Positions 8,413-15,038 of a stretch of 15,038 nt of DNA are shown piece after piece. Under the pieces are notes generated by a model, which worked only from the letters and a program-made list of their open reading frames with translations, had not been told where the DNA came from and did no database searches. Numbering within the stretch: position 1 is the first letter of the stretch; the number at the start of each line of letters is the position of its first letter. The DNA lies in the NCBI GenBank assembly GCA_039798785.1, contig JBDKFG010000091.1:1-15038 (forward strand). The letters run 5' to 3'. The DNA is from Verrucomicrobiota bacterium. Its GTDB lineage: Bacteria; Verrucomicrobiota; Lentisphaeria; Lentisphaerales; Lentisphaeraceae. The position numbers were made by a program, and so were the translations under genes.

Positions 8413-8739
8413 TCACTCGAAAATCGTGATCAGTTTTGCCAAAACATCATCGATGATTGGGGCCGGCACAGTCTCCAGCTTGCGACCCGAGCGCGCTCCC
8501 AGATCCAGGGCTCGAGGCTGATCGCAACGAGCCACCCCAGTGGTTTTCAGCCCTGTCAAAGGAACCGCGAATCCCGCAGTGCGCGCGAAACTGCCGCCGT
8601 TGGTGATTGGCACCACAATCGGAGTTTTGGTGAGCCGGTTGAATGCCCCTGGAGAGACGATGAGGACGGGGCGCGTGCCCTGCTGTTCATGGCCAGAAGT
8701 GGGATCCATGGATACCAAGTAAATGTCGCCGCGCTCCAT
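8413..8739 (-). CDS. pemK: PemK/MazF-family endoribonuclease toxin (Kid-like)
   Basis: 'MERGDIYLVSMDPTSGHEQQGTRPVLIVSP..FN...GGSFARTAGFAV...TTGVARCDQPR' closely follows plasmid R100/R1 PemK/Kid as I recall it. The start overlaps the antitoxin stop (TAATG). Confidence 0.93.
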   Translation of the reverse strand: MERGDIYLVSMDPTSGHEQQGTRPVLIVSPGAFNRLTKTPIVVPITNGGSFARTAGFAVPLTGLKTTGVARCDQPRALDLGARSGRKLETVPAPIIDDVLAKLITIFE

Positions 8740-9002
8740 TACAGCAGCTCACTGCCGACAGGGCCCTTTGCCAGCCAATCGCGATCTTCCTCGTTGATCT
8801 CCGCAGAATCATCACATTGAGCCAGCAATTCGTCCAAGCTGTAACGGGGCCGCGGCGAGGGCTCCACCACTAGGCGACCATGATCGACCGCCAGTCCCAC
8901 GCTGGTGCCAACTTGCAAATGAAGCATTTGCAGAATCGAAGGAGGGACCGCCAGCATGATTGACCCGCCGACTTTACGAAGATGTGTGGTGTGCATGTGC
9001 AT
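8739..9002 (-). CDS. pemI: PemI/MazE (AbrB-fold) antitoxin (Kis-like)
   Basis: 'MHTTHLRKVGGSIMLAVPP...GRLVVEP..RPRYSLDELLAQCD...EEDRDWL'. SD AAGGA lies 7 nt before ATG 9002; ATG 8996 is an alternative start. Confidence 0.92.
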   Translation of the reverse strand: MHMHTTHLRKVGGSIMLAVPPSILQMLHLQVGTSVGLAVDHGRLVVEPSPRPRYSLDELLAQCDDSAEINEEDRDWLAKGPVGSELL

Positions 9003-9015
9003 GGCGCAATCCTTG

Positions 9016-9053
9016 GTTATACTTGAATATAACTCAATAAGTGTGCGCAGCAA
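9016..9053 (-). promoter_or_regulatory. pemIK promoter with overlapping palindromic operator
   Basis: Minus strand TTGCTG (9053-9048), N16, TATATT (9031-9026). The 18-bp imperfect palindrome GTTATA-TTCAAG-TATAAC (9033-9016) covers the -10 box. Confidence 0.75.
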
Positions 9054-9064
9054 GCCATCTTCCA

Positions 9065-9084
9065 GGCGCAAAGGAGTTTGCGCC
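9065..9084. terminator. Hairpin just downstream of ppc, possible terminator
   Basis: GGCGCAAA-GGAG-TTTGCGCC is a perfect 8-bp stem 15 nt after the ppc stop, but no U-tract follows. Confidence 0.35.
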
Positions 9085-9099
9085 GGTCGCGGTTTTGCT

Positions 9100-11790
<2,691 letters not shown>

Positions 11791-11824
11791 AAAATTTCCC
11801 GTTGTTTGAAGGCTCCGAATCTAG

Positions 11825-11864
11825 AGAATTCCGGCCGCGACTCAAGCGACGCGGCCGGAATTCT
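11825..11864. repeat. Perfect 15-bp inverted repeat upstream of ppc (terminator, RNA stem or operator)
   Basis: AGAATTCCGGCCGCG (11825-11839), 10-nt loop, CGCGGCCGGAATTCT (11850-11864). Confidence 0.8.
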
Positions 11865-11884
11865 GAGTCCTAAGAAAAATGCGT

Positions 11885-12820
11885 TTACTTGAGAGGCTTG
11901 AGGGCGGGCAGGAGGATGATGTTGTTGGAGAAAGACTGGACGACTGCGATCTGTTCGCCGATCAGGGCCATGGAGCTGGGGTTGCGGAGGTCGGCGGCGA
12001 AGACGCGGGATTTGCCGTCGAGGGGGTCGACGACGAGGATGCGGCCTTCCTGGCGGTCGAGAACGTAGATTTCGCCTGCGCCGTTTTGGACCAGGTCGAC
12101 ATAGAGGCTGGTGTCGGGATTTTTCGGGTCGAAGCCTTTTGGGGCGGGCAGCTTGGCGATCGCCTCAGGCTTGCCGCCGGCGAGGCTCAGGGACCAGAGT
12201 GAGGCGCTGCGGTCGCAGACGAATTTGAGGCTCGTGTCGTCGATGATCATGCCGCGCGGCCCTGGCACCTTGTCGAGCAGGATCTCGGTCTTTCGGTGAT
12301 CCTTGTCGAGCAGGTCCCGGACGGCCAGGATGCGGCCGCCGAGGGAGTCGGTGACGAAGGCGTCGCGGCCTTTGCAGACGATGGCTTCGAGATTCTTGGC
12401 ACCGCTCACCGGGATGAGGTTGACTTGTCTCAAGGCGCCTTTCGAATTGAGTTCGAAGACGGCGATCTTGTCGAGGTCGCAGGCTAGGAGCTTGCCGTCC
12501 ATCATCGCCATGCCTTTCGGCGCGCTGAGGACGACCTTGTCCTTGCCGCCGGTGGCGATCGCCAGGGAGAGGCTGGGCGGCAGAGCCTTGCCCGCCTTGT
12601 CGACGGCGTCCAGCTTGAGTCGTGCCAGGCTGGCTTCCTTGTCGTCGCTGGCGGAGTTGCCGCGGATGTTGCTGACCAGGACGCCGAGATCCTTGTCGAC
12701 GAGGATCCGGCAGGGGCGGGAGAGTGAGGGGTCGCGGATTTCGACGCGGGCGGCGGGGGCTTCGTTGGCGGCGTAGAGGGGGCTGCTGAACAAGCAGGTG
12801 AGCAGGAGGCGTTTGATCAT
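11885..12820 (-). CDS. Secreted beta-propeller protein (SMP-30/gluconolactonase/NHL-like)
   Basis: Signal peptide MIKRLLLTCLFSSPLYA from ATG 12820 (ATGA overlap with the upstream gene). Blade motifs 'LSAPKGMAMMDGKLLACD', 'AFVTDSLGGRI', 'PGPRGM', 'IYVLDRQEGRILVVD', 'LRNPSSMA'. Confidence 0.75.
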   Translation of the reverse strand: MIKRLLLTCLFSSPLYAANEAPAARVEIRDPSLSRPCRILVDKDLGVLVSNIRGNSASDDKEASLARLKLDAVDKAGKALPPSLSLAIATGGKDKVVLSAPKGMAMMDGKLLACDLDKIAVFELNSKGALRQVNLIPVSGAKNLEAIVCKGRDAFVTDSLGGRILAVRDLLDKDHRKTEILLDKVPGPRGMIIDDTSLKFVCDRSASLWSLSLAGGKPEAIAKLPAPKGFDPKNPDTSLYVDLVQNGAGEIYVLDRQEGRILVVDPLDGKSRVFAADLRNPSSMALIGEQIAVVQSFSNNIILLPALKPLK

Positions 12821-13134
12821 GAGCGTTTTCCTTTTTCGTCGCGGAAGAGGCCGATGGCCTCGTTGTCGTTGAGCCAGAAGGCGGTGAGGAGGATCTGGTC
12901 GCCGCGCCAGTGGGCCTCGATGTCGTCGCGCAGCTGGGCGCTGCCGGCGGAGCGCAGCGGACGCAATCTCCACAAATCGGCGCCGCGGCTTTTTTCGAAG
13001 CAGAAGAGAAGGCGGTCTCGTTTTTGCATCGCACCGGTCAGCCGCCATCCTTTCAGCGCCTGCTGGAGGCGGACTTCGACGGCGTCGAGATCGACGATGC
13101 AGTCGTCGAGGCTGACTTCGAGGCTTTTGAACAT
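12817..13134 (-). CDS. Hypothetical protein (105 aa)
   Basis: SD AAGGAG upstream of the ATG, stop coupled to the next gene, and a globular-looking composition. No family recognised. Confidence 0.65.
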   Translation of the reverse strand: MFKSLEVSLDDCIVDLDAVEVRLQQALKGWRLTGAMQKRDRLLFCFEKSRGADLWRLRPLRSAGSAQLRDDIEAHWRGDQILLTAFWLNDNEAIGLFRDEKGKRS

Positions 13135-13264
13135 CCTGAGGCTCCTTGCTTTCGCACCACCTTAAACGCTGTCGCCGCAAGCGCAACGCCGGAGCGGGGA
13201 ACTTGCTCAGGCTTGCGGATTGACAGGAGGGGGTATGGTGTGGACAGTCAACCCGGAGTCCTCA

Positions 13265-13630
13265 ATGATGAACGCCCGCAACGTCCTCGGCCAGCCGCTT
13301 CAGCCCTGCTCGCTCGATCCGCTCACCGGTTTTTGCCGCGACGGTTATTGCCAGCTGCATCCGGAAGACCGCGGCATCCACACCCTCTGCGCCCTCATGG
13401 ATGAGCGCTTTCTCGCCTTTTCGGCGGCGGTCGGAAACGACCTCTCCACCCCGGTGCCGGAATACGGATTTCCGGGTTTGAAGCCCGGGGATTCCTGGTG
13501 CCTTTGCACCCTGCGCTGGAAACAGGCTCTTGATGCCGGCTTCGCCCCCAAGGTGAAGCTCGCCTCGACTCACGAGTCGGTTCTGGAATGGCTTGAACTG
13601 GACGATCTGCGCCGCCACGCCGTGGATTGA
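13265..13630 (+). CDS. DUF2237 family protein
   Basis: 'NVLGQPLQPCSLDPLTGFCRDGYC', 'GNDLSTPVPEYGFPGLKPGDSWCLC..RW', 'APKVKLASTHE'; SD GGAG before ATG 13265/13268. Confidence 0.9.
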   Translation: MMNARNVLGQPLQPCSLDPLTGFCRDGYCQLHPEDRGIHTLCALMDERFLAFSAAVGNDLSTPVPEYGFPGLKPGDSWCLCTLRWKQALDAGFAPKVKLASTHESVLEWLELDDLRRHAVD

Positions 13631-13635
13631 CAGCG

Positions 13636-14406
13636 ATGCGCAGCGAACTGGTCCTGCCCTGGCTCCTGGCGCCGCCGCTCTTCCTCCTTGCCCGCCGCCT
13701 GCCGAGAAGCCGCTGCAGCCTGATCGCCGCCGTCGCCATCCTGCCTCTGGCGCTGTTGCCGGCCGGCGGCTATCTTCATCTTTGGGATTCGAATCCCTGG
13801 TTTTGCGAATTCCGCAGCCGCGCCGTGGCGGATTTCCTCCCGGTGTTCAGCGCCTTCTCCTTCGGACGCCTCCTCGCTCCTTGCCTGCAGCGCCTCGGCT
13901 GGCGCGACCTGGCCGCTTGTGCACTCTGCCTTCCCGCCGCCCTCCCGGCCTTCAAGCTTGCCGTGATGAAACGGCCGGAGATCCAGTTCTCCTCTAAATG
14001 GCAGCAGGAAGTCGCTCTGCAAAGCACCCCCTCGAGCTGCGGTCCGGCGTCCTGCGCCTCGCTCCTGCGTCGCCACGGCCGCGTCGACAGCGAAGCCCAC
14101 ATCGCCCGGGACGCCGGGACGACACTGAGCGGCACCGAGATCTGGCACCTCGCCCGGGTCTTGCGGCGCCGTGGAATGGAGGTCTCGTTCCAGCGTCAAT
14201 ACCGGCTTGGCGATGCTCCTTGTCTCGTCGGTATCCGACTGGGTGCCGGTGTCGGCCACTTCAACGCCATCCTCGCCGACGACGGTATGACTCTGATTCT
14301 GGCCGAGCCGCTGAGTGGCGAACGCCGCCTATCCGGTTCCTCTCGCCTGAGATACCTGGAGGAGCTGAGGATGCCGGTGATGCGGGTGAGGATCCCGGCC
14401 AATTGA
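13636..14406 (+). CDS. Membrane-anchored C39-like cysteine peptidase
   Basis: About four N-terminal hydrophobic segments, then 'LQSTPSSCGPASCASLL' (Gln and catalytic Cys), 'GTEIWHLARVL', 'GHFNAIL' (His) and 'ILAEPLSG'. Confidence 0.8.
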   Translation: MRSELVLPWLLAPPLFLLARRLPRSRCSLIAAVAILPLALLPAGGYLHLWDSNPWFCEFRSRAVADFLPVFSAFSFGRLLAPCLQRLGWRDLAACALCLPAALPAFKLAVMKRPEIQFSSKWQQEVALQSTPSSCGPASCASLLRRHGRVDSEAHIARDAGTTLSGTEIWHLARVLRRRGMEVSFQRQYRLGDAPCLVGIRLGAGVGHFNAILADDGMTLILAEPLSGERRLSGSSRLRYLEELRMPVMRVRIPAN

Positions 14407-14414
14407 GGCTTCCT
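14402..14414. repeat. 13-bp direct repeat, left copy
   Basis: ATTGAGGCTTCCT is identical to 14962-14974 and contains the C39 gene's TGA stop. Confidence 0.7.
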
Positions 14415-14476
14415 GGGAAACAGAGCTTGTGAGTTGAACCGGGATCAAGGTCGGAAGGTGCGAAGGTGGCAGGCTC

Positions 14477-14953
14477 TCATTGGTTGATCGAGTTCACCGG
14501 TACTCCTGTCATTGCCGACTTGAGATTTTTCCAGAGTATGATGCAGTTGATGCGAAATGGAATGTGCTGTGGCATAATGGCCCAGGAATCATCAGGAGTG
14601 ATATAGGCTGGTACTTTCAAAGGGATACCCCAGTTCTCTGTGCCCCCGACGATGTGAGAGATGGGGCGGTAATTTCTGCCGGGACCGATGTCGTCGACTT
14701 CAGGAAAAGTGACGAGTTCAGGATGTGCTTTCTCAAGCACTTCATAGCTGCCGTAAATTTTTAGTTTTCGATCTGCTGAAATGACTCCCCATCGCCCATT
14801 AAACTTGACGGCTGCGAAACCACCCTTAAAGTGGCCGCAAAAGTCAAATATTGGGTCTATTTTCCATTTGCCATTCTTTCCTATATATCCCCATCCATTG
14901 TAATAAATGTTGGGAGAATCAATGTTGATTATCTTTTCATTTTTCGACCTGTA
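14477..14953 (-). pseudogene. WG (KWG Leptospira-type) repeat-containing reading frame lacking a canonical start; probable fragment
   Basis: The track ORF 14477-14740 stays open upstream to 14953, adding '...YYNGWGYIGKNGKWKIDPIFDFCGHFKGGFAAVKFNGRWGVISADRK...', a WG repeat. There is no in-frame ATG/GTG/TTG before it, and the region is AT-rich. Confidence 0.65.
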
Positions 14954-14964
14954 TCACTCCGATT
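14939..14964. repeat. 26-bp dispersed repeat, copy 2
   Basis: ATTTTTCGACCTGTATCACTCCGATT is 24/26 identical to 703-728. Confidence 0.85.
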
Positions 14965-15037
14965 GAGGCTTCCTAGCTTTCCCTGATACTTGAGACTTCT
15001 GCACCGTGGCCTCGACATCAGTGGCCGGTGGCGCTTC
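14954..15037 (-). CDS. Possible 3' end of a gene entering from beyond the window
   Basis: The frame is open from the window edge (EAPPATDVEATVQKSQVSGKARKPQSE) to TGA at 14956-14954. Too short to identify. Confidence 0.35.
   Translation of the reverse strand, partial: EAPPATDVEATVQKSQVSGKARKPQSE
14962..14974. repeat. 13-bp direct repeat, right copy
   Basis: ATTGAGGCTTCCT is identical to 14402-14414. Confidence 0.7.
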
Positions 15038-15038
15038 C

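Noticed and set aside
9003..9071. Extended antitoxin start at 9071
   Set aside because: It runs through the promoter and operator. SD position and family length support 9002 or 8996.
12821..13186. N-terminal extension of the 433-aa track ORF
   Set aside because: It overlaps the 105-aa gene in another frame. The signal peptide and ATGA coupling place the start at 12820.
14453..14464. GGAAGGTGCGAA resembling the IS5 terminal repeat
   Set aside because: Only 12 bp, explained by the local 8-mer array, with no partner end or transposase.
14954..14956. TGA recoding by an alternative genetic code
   Set aside because: clpC, ppc and pemK all end at TGA at their expected C-termini, so TGA is a stop in this genome.

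Overview
GC-rich bacterial chromosomal window, most consistent with the PVC superphylum (inferred from the ClpC '[17 protein letters not shown]' pore-loop variant and a stand-alone CII-like regulator). Backbone genes: CII-family HTH regulator, imelysin lipoprotein, SirB1-like protein, a secreted hypothetical protein, clpC, ppc, a secreted beta-propeller, DUF2237 and a membrane-anchored C39-like peptidase. There are two lower-GC accessory patches. The first (about 6988-9060) lies between the convergent clpC and ppc and holds a Zn-finger membrane protein, two tandem paralogues with a near-identical 59-bp 5' segment, and a pemIK toxin-antitoxin pair with its palindromic operator. The second (about 14415-14961) is a start-less WG-repeat reading frame bracketed by a 13-bp direct repeat. 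The most unusual signals are non-coding: a 26-bp motif repeated 14.2 kb apart (24/26 identical), a 95-bp inverted-repeat element with 8-mer periodic internal repeats, and a related 8-mer array near the right end. No integrase, transposase, tRNA, rRNA or CRISPR array was seen. All family calls come from motif recognition by eye, not from database searches.
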